From Eledone cirrhosa (lineage: Eukaryota): 64,000 nucleotides of DNA. Position numbers and translations under genes: made by a program. The stretch spans positions 29,078,001 through 29,142,000 of the forward strand of contig OZ024760.1 in NCBI GenBank assembly GCA_964016885.1, in the 5' to 3' direction. Positions 41,018-54,289 of the stretch are shown here, one piece after another; position 1 is the first letter of the stretch, and the number at the start of each line of letters is the position of its first letter. The notes below the pieces were generated by a model. That model was not told the DNA's origin. It was given only the letters and a program-made list of their open reading frames with translations, and made no database searches.

Positions 41018-41755
41018 TATGAAATATAAGAATCAAAGAACTGTTCAAAACATTATTGTGCTTACAGCTGTTTCCTCCAAACCGAGGTTTGGATTCTTCG
41101 GAGCAATTTATTAATGCATGGACAGTTATATGGCCTCTTTTTCAGCCGAGAGACATACCAATACATATTCAAACATTGATACATATTCAAACATTGTGGG
41201 TCAACATTCATTACAGAATTTAGAGTGGCAGTACACACTTCGAGATTACATTTATATTAATAGGTACAATCAGAATTTAGAGTGGCAGTACACACTTCGA
41301 GATTACATTTATATTAATAGGTACAATCAAAATTTTGATTGTACCTATTAATATAAATGTAATCTCGAAGTGTGTACTGCCACTCTAAATTCTGTAATGA
41401 ATGTTGACCCACAATGTTTGAATATGTATCAATGTTTGAATATGTATTGGTATGTCTCTCGGCTGAAAAGGAGGTCATATAACTGTCCATGCATTAATAA
41501 ATTGCTCCGAAGAATCCAAACCTCGGTTTGGAGGAAACAGCTGTAAGCACAATAATGTTTTGAACAGTTCTTTGATTCTTATATTTCATATAACTGCTCT
41601 GTAAATCATCTGATGTTTTTACATTGAGCTACTTAACTTAGTGGTAATAAGGTAGTAATACATTACTGCCTACCACTATTTAGGGTGTGTGTAAAATACT
41701 TACAACTGCTTAAGGTTTTGTGTTTACATAACCATAAATAGTATAACTAATACTA
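41018..41755. mobile_element. About 570-bp palindrome (41018-41590) with hammerheads at 41059-41105 (-) and 41503-41549 (+), plus tail
   Basis: TGCT-CCGAAGA-ATCCAAAC..GTTTGGAG-GAAA-CAGCTG-TA|AGCA; centre CAAAATTTTG at about 41332; tandem duplication in the left arm. Confidence 0.8.
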
Positions 41756-41863
41756 TATGTATGTATGTATTTATATATATATATATGTATGTATGTATTT
41801 ATGTATGTATGTATTTATGTATGTATTTATATATATATGTATGTATGTATGTATTTATATATG

Positions 41864-41897
<34 letters not shown>

Positions 41898-41925
41898 TGT
41901 GTGTGTATGTATGTATTTATATATG

Positions 41926-41959
<34 letters not shown>

Positions 41960-42175
41960 TGTGTGTGTATGTATGTATTTATATGTGTATGTATGTATTT
42001 ATATATGTGTATGTATGTATTTATATATATATATATGTATGTATGTATTTATATATATATGTATGTATGTATTTATATATATATATGTATGTATGTATTT
42101 ATATATATATATGTATGTATGTATTTATATATATATATGTATGTATGTATTTATATATATATGTATGTATGTATT

Positions 42176-42263
<88 letters not shown>

Positions 42264-42266
<3 letters not shown>

Positions 42267-42955
42267 CTAGCTGCAAAAGGCTTTTCCCTCAAAATGAAAG
42301 GCAGACTGTATGATGCATGTATACGAACAGCAATGTTACATGGTAGTGAGACCTGGGCGCTGTCTGTGGAAGACTTGCGTAGATTGGAAAGAAACGAAGC
42401 TTGCATACTCCGATGGATGTGTAATAGTAATATACGCGAACGACAAAGTATAAACAAATTGAGAGGGAGACTGAGTGATGGACATGTGATGCGTATGAAG
42501 GATGACAGCTGCATAAAAAGGTGCAGAGCACTAGAAGTCAATGGCAGCCGCGGAGTGGGGAGACCCAAGAAGACCTGGGATGAGGTGATAAAAGCCGACC
42601 TTACCCAATAACACCTCTCAAAGGCGATGACACACGACCGTGACCTCTGGCGTCACGCATTAACACAGAAGACCCAACCCCCCACGGGTACAAGCCAAAG
42701 CTGAAGCATATAGACAATATGCCCCCACACCCTCCCACTGCAAAGTGGACGTGGAGGTGCCATGGCAAAAAAGCACCCAGCACTCACTGCAAATGAGGTG
42801 TTAGGAAGGGCATCCAGCTGTAAAAATCAAGCCAGAATTAGTTCCCGTATCAGCAAGACAAGGTCAGCCGACCGGACACTGCCTACAATAGGACAACCAG
42901 TCTAACCCATGCTAGCGTGGAAGACTGGACATAAAACGGTGATGACGATGATGAT
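42264..42955 (+). mobile_element. 5'-truncated RTE LINE (sister subfamily of 7661-9358)
   Basis: [31 protein letters not shown]..; tail with (GAT)n. Confidence 0.9.
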
Positions 42956-43307
42956 ATGTGTATGTATTTTTACTTATATACATACTTATATATACACATA
43001 TGTATATATAGATACACATTTATATGCATATATGTACATGCAGATATATACATATATATATGTACACAGACACACACACACATACATGTACATATATATA
43101 TATGTGTGTGTGTCTGTGTTGTGTGTGTATTATTAAATTCAATTCTACAACAAAGACATAACATGGAGAAAAGCAGAAATGTCTTTTGTTGAGCAAATGT
43201 AACCTCTTCACCTGAATAAGTTCACTCAACGTTCTTTCATCTTATGTCTTCTTTGTAACATTTAATATATTAAAATAAACTGCTCTCATGGACTGATTGT
43301 TCTACAC

Positions 43308-43598
43308 AAGTCATGGGCAGCCTGCGGCCCACGAAGCTTTCTGGATTGCTCGCCCAAGTCACCCAAGTGTAATCTTTCTGATTTTTTTACCCCAACTTTT
43401 CAGTCATAATTTATCTTTCTATCATTTTTACGATCGAGGAAAACAATGCGTACAAATTCTGAAGAAACAAATCAAAACAACCTGGGTTACCGCCCTTGTG
43501 TTTAATGTGGGCGCGAATGTAAATTAGCGCTTGCAGCCCGTCTGTTGATGAGCAATATCTCATGGGGCCCGCTTCTCGGAAAAGGTTGCCCATGCCTG
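43308..43598. mobile_element. hAT (Charlie-like) MITE
   Basis: TIRs CATGGGCAGCCT / AGGTTGCCCATG; imperfect 8-bp TSD TTCTACAC / CTATACAC. Confidence 0.6.
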
Positions 43599-43634
43599 CT
43601 ATACACCTTGGATATCTTTACCCATCAATTACTA

Positions 43635-43775
43635 CATGCACTCATGTATATCATGACTCATACACTGTTCACTTTCCTGACATTTGTACATTATCCTATG
43701 TACTATACATGCACCTTTGATGAGTTGTAGTGCACCTGAGCACTGTACACAATAATTACACAATAATTTCATTAT

Positions 43776-43780
<5 letters not shown>
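43635..43780 (+). mobile_element. CR1 3' tail
   Basis: Matches 55670-55780. Confidence 0.8.
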
Positions 43781-43828
<48 letters not shown>

Positions 43829-43886
43829 CTTGTGACTATTTAGACCAGACATACTTTCAAATGATGTTCTGTGCTAGTTAAGTTAA

Positions 43887-44332
43887 CCCTTTAGTGTTCA
43901 AACCGGCCAAAACCGGCCAGAATTCTCTATCTGTTGAAACTGGCTGTAACTGGTCGTTCAAACTGATGTTACGGTATTGTTTTCAAAATAAATACTTTCA
44001 AAATCTCATAGACTCGATATTATGTGAGATATTATATAAGGTAAAGCCTTTACAATGAAAATATAATAGTATATATAAAATAATTGTTTCTACTTTTGGC
44101 ACAAGACCAGCAAATTACCCAGTGTATTACTGGTACTTTATTTTATCGACCCCATAAGGATGAAAGGCAAAGTTAACCTCGGCAGGATTTGAACTCAGAA
44201 TGGCAAGGGCCGCAACTCTATGCGTCAAAGCATGGCGTCCGACCCTCTACCGATACTGCCAATCCACCGCCCTTTGCCAATCCACCGCCCTTCTATATAA
44301 AGTATATATAAAATAATGTGAATGCTAAAGGG
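43887..44332. mobile_element. piggyBac-type MITE interrupted by an S1 SINE (44085-44292, -)
   Basis: TTAA-CCCTTTAG..CTAAAGGG; SINE flanked by 17-bp TSD AGTATATATAAAATAAT (44068-44084, 44301-44317); same family as 63169-63959. Confidence 0.8.
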
Positions 44333-44529
44333 TTATATATATATATATATACATCAGGATGGATTCAGTTTGAAACTGTTAGACCATCATTCAACAGAGT
44401 ACTCAATACTTGGGGTAGTAGAGTATGGATTTATTATAAAGAATCGGGACTTTTGCCATATCAACAGCTAATATATATAAATATACACAAACACAATATA
44501 TTCTACTTGGCATGGCTAGTGTATATGTA

Positions 44530-44693
44530 TCATCATCATCATCATCATCGTTTAACGTCCGTGTTCCACGCTTGCATGGGTTTGGACGGGGGTTTTTCCA
44601 CTTGAGGCAAGAGTGATTGTCTTGCTCGCATAGGACTGTCTGGCGGGTTTTCTACAGCTGGATGCCCTTCCTAACACCAACTACATTTACAGT
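44530..44693 (-). mobile_element. RTE 3' tail
   Basis: Near-identical to 9435-9600. Confidence 0.85.
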
Positions 44694-44819
44694 ATATATA
44701 TATATATATATATATAATAAAACATTTAACTTTGTAACTCCGAGATATGAATTTCGATGTTAAAATCGTATTCAAACCCATTCAGGGTTCTTTATTAAAT
44801 CCTTTATTTTCTTGTAAGC

Positions 44820-44856
44820 CTCTGAAGAGCCCAACTTGGGTGTAACATGTGTAAGA
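44820..44856 (+). ncRNA. Degenerate hammerhead motif
   Basis: CT-CTGAAGA-GCCC..GGGT-GTAA-CATGTG-TA|AG (GAAA mutated). Confidence 0.45.
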
Positions 44857-44908
44857 GATTCTTATAAATATATTTTAACGGCTTGCTTCTTTTTCATCAA
44901 TTTCTTCG

Positions 44909-44950
<42 letters not shown>

Positions 44951-44955
<5 letters not shown>

Positions 44956-45158
44956 GTGGTTACACAACAGTTAGTTCACCATACCAAAAACAATTGTTTC
45001 ACCTTAGCGGATCCTCAGCCCGTTCCATATAACCATGTCCATTAAGAGCTGAGGATCCGCTAAGGTGAAACAATTGTTCTCGGTATGGTGAACTAACTGT
45101 TGTGCAACCACTTCTACCTAACTCCACTATGGATATTACCTTCCAGTGTTCTTCCACT
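44951..45158. mobile_element. Family E fold-back element with hammerheads at 44986-45021 (-) and 45046-45081 (+)
   Basis: GAG-CTGAGGA-TCCGCTAAGGT-GAAA-CAATTG-TT|CTC; palindromic helix III ACAATTGT. Confidence 0.78.
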
Positions 45159-45173
45159 ATATATATATATACA

Positions 45174-45334
45174 CAGTACCGGACTTAGGACAAACGAGAC
45201 CCTGTGCTAGTTATGAGGCTCCCTAATTAGGCCCTGAAGGAGGTAAAAACATTGTTAGCAGGAAGATGGGTTCCCCCTGGCTAATGGGGCCTTGGGTTTA
45301 AGCGCAGCAACGCACAATGGTAAACCCAGCACTG
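45174..45334. mobile_element. Possible hAT-type MITE
   Basis: Imperfect TIRs CAGTACCGGACTTA / TAAACCCAGCACTG; no clear TSD. Confidence 0.4.
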
Positions 45335-45999
45335 CATACAACTTATTTGACAGCTGTGTCCCCTCTGAACGTATCTCTCTAAAACATCACATTTATTAGT
45401 AATATTATTGTCCTTGTTGCTGCTGTTGTTGTTGTTGCTCTAGTTGTTGTTGTTGTTGTCGCTGTTATTGTTGCTGTTGTTGTCATTATAGCTCAGTCTC
45501 TCTAACTTTGCTACCTTCATTGTAGAGATAGCTTAGAGGCAGAAAGATAGAATATGTTTGACTATAAATCACAAGAAACAAATAAAAAATAATATATACA
45601 TACACACAAAGATATATATATGTGTATATATATATATATATACATATATTTCCAATTGTGTAAAAATAGCTTTCTCTTGTAATAATCAATTTTTTGAGAA
45701 AATTGGGCAGAATAGTTTCTTTTGTAAATTTAGTTTTTCCAAAAGAATGTTTTTATTACTATATATATAATTTTATTTTATTTTCCATTTCCCTCTGTTC
45801 TTTGCAGTTAACATTACAGTCTTTTAAAACAGCAGTGGTTGGCATATTTTAACTTTAATCGGCAGACATGGCTTTTTTAAAATTGTTTTTAATTGTTGTT
45901 TTTTTTTTGTTTATCTGATAAATACAATATATACAACGTGTAGAATTGTTTATCAATCTACATGCCAAACTATGTAGGTTGGTATATATCATCATCATT

Positions 46000-46320
46000 C
46001 ATCATCATCATCATTTTACGTCCGCTTTTCCCTGCTTGCAAGGGTGGGACGGGAACTGATTCTGGCTTGATTTCTACAGCTGGATACCCTTCCTAACACC
46101 AACCTCATTTACAGTGAGTGCTGGGTGCTTTTTTGCCATGGCACCTACACTTTGCAGTGGAATGATAGGGACCCCAGTCCCTATCATTTCATTTCTACAG
46201 CTGAGTAAACTGGAGCAATGTGAAATAAAGTGTCTTGCTCAAGGAAACAACACATCACCTGGTCTGAGAATTGAACTCACAATCTTTCGATTGCAAGGCC
46301 AATGCTCTAACCACTAAGCT
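46000..46320 (-). mobile_element. SINE S2
   Basis: Matches 37615-37948. Confidence 0.85.
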
Positions 46321-46695
46321 ATATATATGTGTGTGAGAGAGAAGGAGAGAGAGAGAGAGGCATACATACACTATCTATAAATATATGCATATACATACAT
46401 ACACACACACAAACACACACATTCCTGTAACTCTCAGACAGACCATTATTCCAAGCCAGCCATTGTTTCATCAATATTCCAGGGACCGAACATGATTACA
46501 GCGGAAAGCTTCTCATTGTAACATTGTAATAAATAGTTGAATCAAAAATGGACTTTAATTTACACAGATAAATACTTTTGATCATTTAGAAGACATATAT
46601 CTTTCGAAACTACTCTGTAGAAAAGTTTTTTCACCCTCTCTCCCCACCATAACATACTTTTCTTTTGTCTGAATTATTTCACTTTTTATTTATTC

Positions 46696-46740
<45 letters not shown>

Positions 46741-46889
46741 TGCTACTATTACTATTACTACTAATATTACTTTTTTCAAATATTTAAAAAATATTTTTAT
46801 CCATCAAATTTAAATAGAAACATTATAACAAAACTAATAATAATAAACAATAACAATAATAGTAGTAATAGTAATAGTAGTAATAATAA

Positions 46890-47818
46890 TGCTTTCTTTA
46901 TTAACCACAAGGGTTTACATAAAGTAGACATTAAGGACAGTTCAGGACAATACAGGATGGTACAAATGGGCATTTCTGCATGTAAAAAAAAACAAAAACA
47001 AAGGATGTAACAAAAAAATAACAATGAAAAATTCCCCAATAGGGGGGAGACTTCCGAGGGACATTTGTGGAGAAAGCCAATTAAAAGGCCACAGTGACCC
47101 TGACCACCAGGGCAAGTGCTCTCTCCCAGTTTCCACCTTTAATTTACAGACACATACTCAGAGTAGGTCCACTCACTCGGGCCATACTGGCTTCTCTCAC
47201 CCATCTTTCAACAAAATGCTGGGAAGAGAGCACTTCCCTCTCTACCCTGATTTTCCTTTTCAAATGAAATTTGAAAAAGTTAATCAGGGCATCACCGAAG
47301 AGGTAAGTGCTCGTCTTCAGCCCTTTCAAACGTGTCCACCATACTATCGCTTTTGCCATAGCCACCAGACAGATAAAAACTGCCTGCCCTTCCCGGCTAA
47401 AGGAAGAGGGCAGGGCAATCCTCACGATGGACTCAGTTGTTAGCTGGATCCGTCCTACACGTGACAGCAGGTGTTCGATATAAACCCACAAGTCAGCAAT
47501 GCTCGGACACTGGACGAGTGCGTGCAGGACGGTTTCGTCGCCCTGCGCGCATCTCGAACATGCCCGGCTGACGGCACCTCCATGCCTGTAGAGTTTATCC
47601 CGAACTGGCAAAGCTCCTCAGTAGCACTGCCAGGCCAAGGATTTCTGGAAGTTGTCCATAGGCCCCGGCCCGAAAGTTCTTCCAAAGAGATTGGCTAGTT
47701 AATTTTCGTCGACGCCTAGAGTTTCCCCAAGTACGTCGTCACTCTTCCCCTCCACTAATCCTCTATAGAACGCCAAGGTGGAGTTTCCACCGATCACATT
47801 GCCCAATTGGTTGAGGGC

Positions 47819-47820
<2 letters not shown>
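46890..47820 (-). mobile_element. Tx1/L1-clade LINE 3' fragment (zf-RVT)
   Basis: LPVRDKL..CSRCAQGDETVLHALVQC; 3' end GTGGTTAATAAAGAAA abutting (ATT)n. Confidence 0.85.
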
Positions 47821-47851
<31 letters not shown>

Positions 47852-48294
47852 GAAATCATTATTATTATTATTACTACTATTATTGTTATTGTTTATTATT
47901 ATTAGTTTATTATTATTATTATTATCATGAGGTTTATTATTATTAGTTTTGTTATAATGTTTCTATTTAAATTTGATGGATAAAAATATTTTTTAAATAT
48001 TTAAAAAAGGTTTTTTACATTAATCCATATTAAATATCTGATTGTTTTGGTTATTTTGTGTGTGTGTGTGCGTATGTGTGTGTATGTACGTGTGGTCGTG
48101 TGTGTGTGTGTGTGTGTTTTCATGAAATATAGATGTGTATGTGTGTGTATGTATGTATATGTGTGTATGTATGTATGTGTATGTACATATATATATATAT
48201 GTGTGTGTGTGTTTGTAAATATGTATATAATATTTTTTAGATAAAGAATTTTCTATATATTAATGCCTGTATTAAATACACACAAATATTCACA

Positions 48295-48860
<566 letters not shown>

Positions 48861-49434
48861 TACATCTATATATGTATAAATATATATATACCTTTATATA
48901 TGTTGTATAAATGTAGGTATCTATATATAATATAATATAATATCTATATATGTATATATAAAGAGGGAGAGACAGTGTTATACAAATATTTATATATTTA
49001 TATATATATATACATGCACATATATATTTACATGCACATATATATATATTTACATGCACATATATATATATATACATGCACATATATATATATACATGTG
49101 CATATATATATATATATACATGCACATATATATACATGCACATATATATATATACATGCACATATATATATATGTGTGAGTGTATAACAGATATGAATAC
49201 TTAGATTCTATGAAACAATAATTACTTTTAATAATACCTGAAAGAATTTTCTGTTTCACTTTTTGATAATTTTTGTAGTGTTTATATTTTTATATTTTAA
49301 GTAAAACACACACAAATACACACAAATACACACACATGCACTCACAAACGCACACACATGCTCTTAATGTGATGTAAACAATATATATTTACAATTTCTT
49401 TTGAATATTTCTGTATTACATTATCATTGTGTGA

Positions 49435-49464
<30 letters not shown>

Positions 49465-49469
<5 letters not shown>

Positions 49470-49557
49470 TTTTAATATAGATGAGATTCTACAGGACTAG
49501 AACTGTTTCATTCATTAGAAATCATCAGGATTCCTGATGATTTCTAATGAATGAAAC
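49465..49557. mobile_element. Family B fold-back (hammerhead 49487-49530 on -, plus arm truncated by an RTE tail)
   Basis: TTTCATTCATTAGAAATCATCAGGA-T-TCCTGATGATTTCTAATGAATGAAA. Confidence 0.7.
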
Positions 49558-50165
49558 GGGAATTGTCCCACTTGAGGCAAGATTGGTTGTCTTGCTTGTA
49601 TAGGACTGTCTGGCAGGTTTTCTACGGCTGGATGCCCTTCCTAACACCAACCACGTTTACAGTGTTCATATATATATATATCATCATCTCATCATCATCG
49701 TTTAACGTCCATTTTCCACGCTAGCATGGGTTAGACGGGAGTTGTCCCACTTGAGGCAAGGCTGGTCGGGTGACCATGTCTCGCTCATATAGGACTATCT
49801 GGCAGGCTTTCTATGGCTGGATGCCCTTCCTAACACCAACCACATTTACAGTGTGGAACTGGGAACTTTTTACAGTGTTACCTACACGGCCACATTACAG
49901 CGTAGACTGTATTTTTTTTCTCGTGACACCTACACGATCTCGATCTCATTTATTTGGACTGGATGTTGTGGTACCAACTTTACAGAGAGAGGGTGGTGTT
50001 GGTGAGAGTGGGAGGATAGGGTAGGGGTAGTGGATTGGGTTTCACTTTGTACATAGGCAAGGCGGGTCTTCTGAATTACTGCGTAGCGCCAAAGATCTCG
50101 GTCCAGTGACATTGTCTTAGCGAGGTGCAAGTGTGTAAGGTCGGAATTTATCAGATCGTCCCAGG
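49558..50165 (-). mobile_element. Two RTE 3' ends
   Basis: KTWDDLINSDLTHLHLAKTMSLDRDLWR plus UTR. Confidence 0.85.
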
Positions 50166-50174
50166 TTTTTTTTT

Positions 50175-50207
<33 letters not shown>

Positions 50208-50209
50208 TT

Positions 50210-50548
50210 CATTCATCATCATTTCATTTTACGTCCGCTTTTCTGCTTGCAAGGATGGGACGGGAACAGATTCTGGCTTGATTTCTACAGCTGGATGCCC
50301 TTCCTAACACCAACCTCATTTACAGTGAGTGCTGGGTACTTTTTTGTCATGGCACCTCCACGACCACTTTGCAGTGGAATGATAGGGACCCCAGTCCCTA
50401 TCATCTCATTTCTATAGCTGAGTAAACTGGAGCAATGTGAAATAAAGTGCCTTGCTCAAGGAAACAACACATCACCCGGTCTGAGAATTGAACTCACAAC
50501 CTTTTGATTGCAAGGCCAATGCTCTAACCACTAAGCCATGTGCCTCCA
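50210..50548 (-). mobile_element. SINE S2
   Basis: Matches 37615-37948. Confidence 0.85.
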
Positions 50549-50759
50549 TATATATACAAAAAGTTATGAAACGAAAGGAGCTGTGTGGTTACTAAAAACA
50601 AGGTTTAAAGATGGTGGTTAGGACGGAACAGGAGGAGAAAGGAAGAAAGGGGTTTCCATCGTCAGCTGTAAATGTATCCCGAACCGATGTTTCGGCGCTG
50701 AATTACAGGGCATCAGTGTTGTTCGGGTGCGCCCGAGGCCTTTTATTAATATATATATA

Positions 50760-51013
50760 TCATGTTTACTATAGAAATGACTTCTACAGGACTAGAACTG
50801 TTTCATTCAAAATAAATCATGAGGTTTGCTAGCCCAATACTCTTACCACTAAGCCATGCACCTTCATATATATATATATATTTCCTGATGATTTCTTTTG
50901 AATGAAACAGTTCTAATCCTGTAGAATACATTTCTATATTAAACATGATTACACTCTACTAATGTATTGAGTACCTTACTTACTGTGGTTACCCCGGTTG
51001 AACCCGGGCCTCA
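50760..51013. mobile_element. Interrupted family B fold-back, hammerhead at 50882-50926 (+)
   Basis: TTC-CTGATGA-TTTC..GAAT-GAAA-CAG..CTG-TA|GAA; tail TATTGAGTACC. Confidence 0.7.
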
Positions 51014-51064
51014 TATATAGATATATGTATATATAGTTAATATATAATATTGCTTCTCTGAGTG

Positions 51065-51482
51065 ACTAATTGCCCTCCCCTCTCCTCTATATACATGTTA
51101 CCCCTAATTGCCCTCCCCTCTCCTATATATATATATACATGTTAACCCTAATTGCCCTCCCCTCTCCTATATATACATGTTAACCCTAATTGCCCTCCCC
51201 TCTCCTATATGTACATGTTAACCCTAATTGCCCTCCCCTTTCCTATATATACATGTTACCCCTAAGCACCCTCTCCTCTCCTATATGTACATGTTACCCC
51301 TAATTGCCCTCTCCTCTCCTATATATACATGTTACCCCTAATTGCCCTCCCTTCTCCTATATATACATGTTACCCCTAATTGCCCTCCCCTCTCCTATAT
51401 GTACATGTTAACCCTAATTGCCCTCCCCTCCTCGTACATCTTAACCCTAATTGCCCTCCCTATATAAACATGTTAACCCTGC
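51065..51482. repeat. About 38-bp minisatellite
   Basis: CCCTAATTGCCCTCCCCTCTCCTATATATACATGTTAA x~11. Confidence 0.9.
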
Positions 51483-51513
51483 CCTATTAAAATTCTTTTC
51501 CTTCTATATTCAG

Positions 51514-51597
51514 GTGGTGATTTGTTGCCTGGAGTGGAGGCAGCAATTAAAGCTACCTGGGAACCAATTGTTGGCAATGATTTTGAAGTTGTGGTAG
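51514..51597 (+). CDS. Candidate host coding exon (GDLLPGVEAAIKATWEPIVGNDFEVVV), product unknown
   Basis: Polypyrimidine tract + CAG acceptor; open complex sequence; donor AG|GTAAAC (84 bp, phase 1-1) or TG|GTAGGT after 51593. Confidence 0.5.
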   Translation: MVICCLEWRQQLKLPGNQLLAMILKLW

Positions 51598-51897
51598 GTA
51601 AACTGATGTTTTCACATCTCTTTTGTATGTCTCCCCCACCATACATACACACAAGCACACACACTCACACACATACACACACACACAGGCTCACCCACAC
51701 ATACACACAGACTCACACACATACACATACACACACACACACATTATTCAATTTAGGAAAGTCAGTAGATCAGATAATCCACCAAGTTTTGTTGTAAACA
51801 GACATAAAGCACTCTACAATTTGTATTCCTTAGGATGTTATCGATAAGGTATCAATCGAAGTTTCTATATTATAAAAAAAAGAGACGGTTTTAAATG

Positions 51898-52945
51898 TAC
51901 CCAGCCCACACTGTAAAGTGGTTATGTAGGTGACATGACAAAAAGCACCCAGCCCACACTGTAAAGTGGTCGTGTAAGTGTCACAACAAAAAGCACCCAT
52001 TCCACACTATAAAGTGGTCATGTAGGTGTCACAACAAAAAACACCCAGTCCACACTGTAAAGTGGTCGTGTAATTGTCACAACAAAAAACACCCAGTCCA
52101 CACTGTAAAGTGGACATGTAGGTGTCATGACAAAAAACACCCAGTCCACACTGTAAAGTGGTCATCTAGGTGTCACAACAAAAAGCACCCAGTCCACATT
52201 GTAAAGTGGTCATGTAGGTGTCACGACAAAAAACACCCAGCCCACACTGTAAAGTGGTCATGTAGGTGTCATGACAAAAAACACCCAGTCCACACTGTAA
52301 AGTGGTCATGTAGGTGTCATGATAAAAAACACCCAGTCCACACTGTAAAGTGGTCATGTAGGTGTCATGACAAAAAACACCCAGCCCACACTGGAAAGTG
52401 GTCATGTAGGTGTCATGACAAAAAACACCCAGTACCCACTGTAAAGTGGTCATGTAGGTGTCATGACAAAAAACACCCAGTCCACACTGTAAAGTGGTCA
52501 TGTAGGTGTCATGACAAAAAACACCCAGTCCACACTGTAAAGTGGTCATGTAGGTGTCATGACAAAAAACACCCAGTCCACACTGCAAAGTGGTCATGTA
52601 GGTGTTACGACAAAAAACACCCAGGCCACACTGTAAAGCGGTCATGTAGGTGTCATGACAAAAAACACCCGGTCCACTCTGTAAAGTGGTCATGTAGGTG
52701 TCATGACAAAAAACACCCAGTCCACTCTGTAAAGTGGTCATGTAGGTGTCATGACAAAAAACACCCAGGCCACACTGTAAATGTAGTTGGCATTAGGAAG
52801 GGTATCCAGCTGTAGAAACCTTACCAGAAACAGTTTTATATGAGCACGACATGGTCACCTGACAAGACTTGCCTCTAATGGGACAATTCGTCTAACCCAT
52901 GCTAGCATGGAAAATGGACATTAAACAATGATGATGATGATGAGA
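51898..52945 (+). repeat. 48-bp tandem array (~18 copies) amplified from the RTE/SINE 3' UTR and continuous with the tail
   Basis: Unit CACCCAGTCCACACTGTAAAGTGGTCATGTAGGTGTCATGACAAAAAA; runs into TTAGGAAGGG..(GAT)n. Confidence 0.9.
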
Positions 52946-54120
52946 TTGTATATAGGTACACACACACACACACATAATAGGATTCCACACAGTCTCTGTC
53001 TAACAAATTCTACTCCTAAGTCATTGGTCAACCTGAGACTATAGTAGACAACATATGCCCAGTGTACCACAGTTTGACTGAATCCCCTAAACCAGGCAAA
53101 CTCCTTAACCACAATACTATGCTTACATCACACCTAATATCTTTTTAAAATTTAAAATTTTAAAATTTCCAACATGTTGATTGTTAAATAATATTTTGAC
53201 CTTTTAATGTCTTCTGACAGTAGAAATATGTTTAGCTGGTGTTTGAGTTAATGAAAATTACATTGGCCAAACAGACACAGCACAACTAACACACCTATTG
53301 AAATCAATACATGTATATGTATATATATATGCATATGTGTGTGTGTGTATATATATATATAAATATATATATATATATTTGCATGTGTGTGTGTATATAT
53401 ATATATATGCATATGTGTGTGTGTGTGTGTGTGTATATATATGTATGCATATGTGTGTGTATATATATATATATATGCATATGTGTGTGTGTATATATAT
53501 GCGTGTGTGTATATATATATGCATATGTGTGTGTATATATATGCATATGTGTGTGTGTATGTATAGATATGTGTACAATATATATATCTATATAATAAAT
53601 TATATGTGTATAATATATGTGTGTGTGTGTGTGTGTAGAATATATACATATATATATATTGTATAATATACACACACACACATATATATATTATACATAC
53701 ACACACACATATATATATATATATGTATGTATATACACTCAGTGAGAAAGAGAACAAAGCTCTCAGATTAATTGAGGAATATGCTTTTGAATGTTTGGCA
53801 ATTTATTGTAATTGCTTTTACTTTTTGTTTTCAATTCTTTGATAGCAATTTGCAAAAACATCTTTGTGTCTAACTTATCAGCACGTAGTTTTGCCACCAT
53901 GCAAAGTGATGCGTGTTAAATGAAAATTGTAGGGTAGATGCTGCGGTGGTGGTGGTGTAGTGGTAGGGAGGTGGTGTGGTGTGGTGGTGTGTGGTGGTAG
54001 TTAGGGGTTGAAGTTGGAAAATCAAACAATTTTACTTTTACTGACAAATAAAATTGTTCAATTGATCAAAATGAATTTAATTTTATAAGTTGTTTGGTTT
54101 GGATTGGGCTTGTGTATGTA

Positions 54121-54161
<41 letters not shown>

Positions 54162-54289
54162 GTATTAATTTATTTAATTTTAAAAAGAAAGTTTGCATTT
54201 ATTTTGAAATTGTAATAATAAGTAGCGAAGTTGTTTGAAATAACGTAGAAATTATATTGAGTGGTAGATAAATATATAGATGGATAGAT

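Noticed and set aside
45780-45845. Strong-looking splice acceptor TTCCCTCTGTTCTTTGCAG
   Set aside because: No convincing donor or coding frame follows
51065-51482. Telomere-like CCCTAA motifs
   Set aside because: Single CCCTAA per 38-bp minisatellite unit, not a telomeric array
51898-52790. CRISPR-like regular arrays (also 760-1193, 21365-22270, 63178-63815)
   Set aside because: No unique spacers, no cas genes, eukaryotic context; plain tandem repeats
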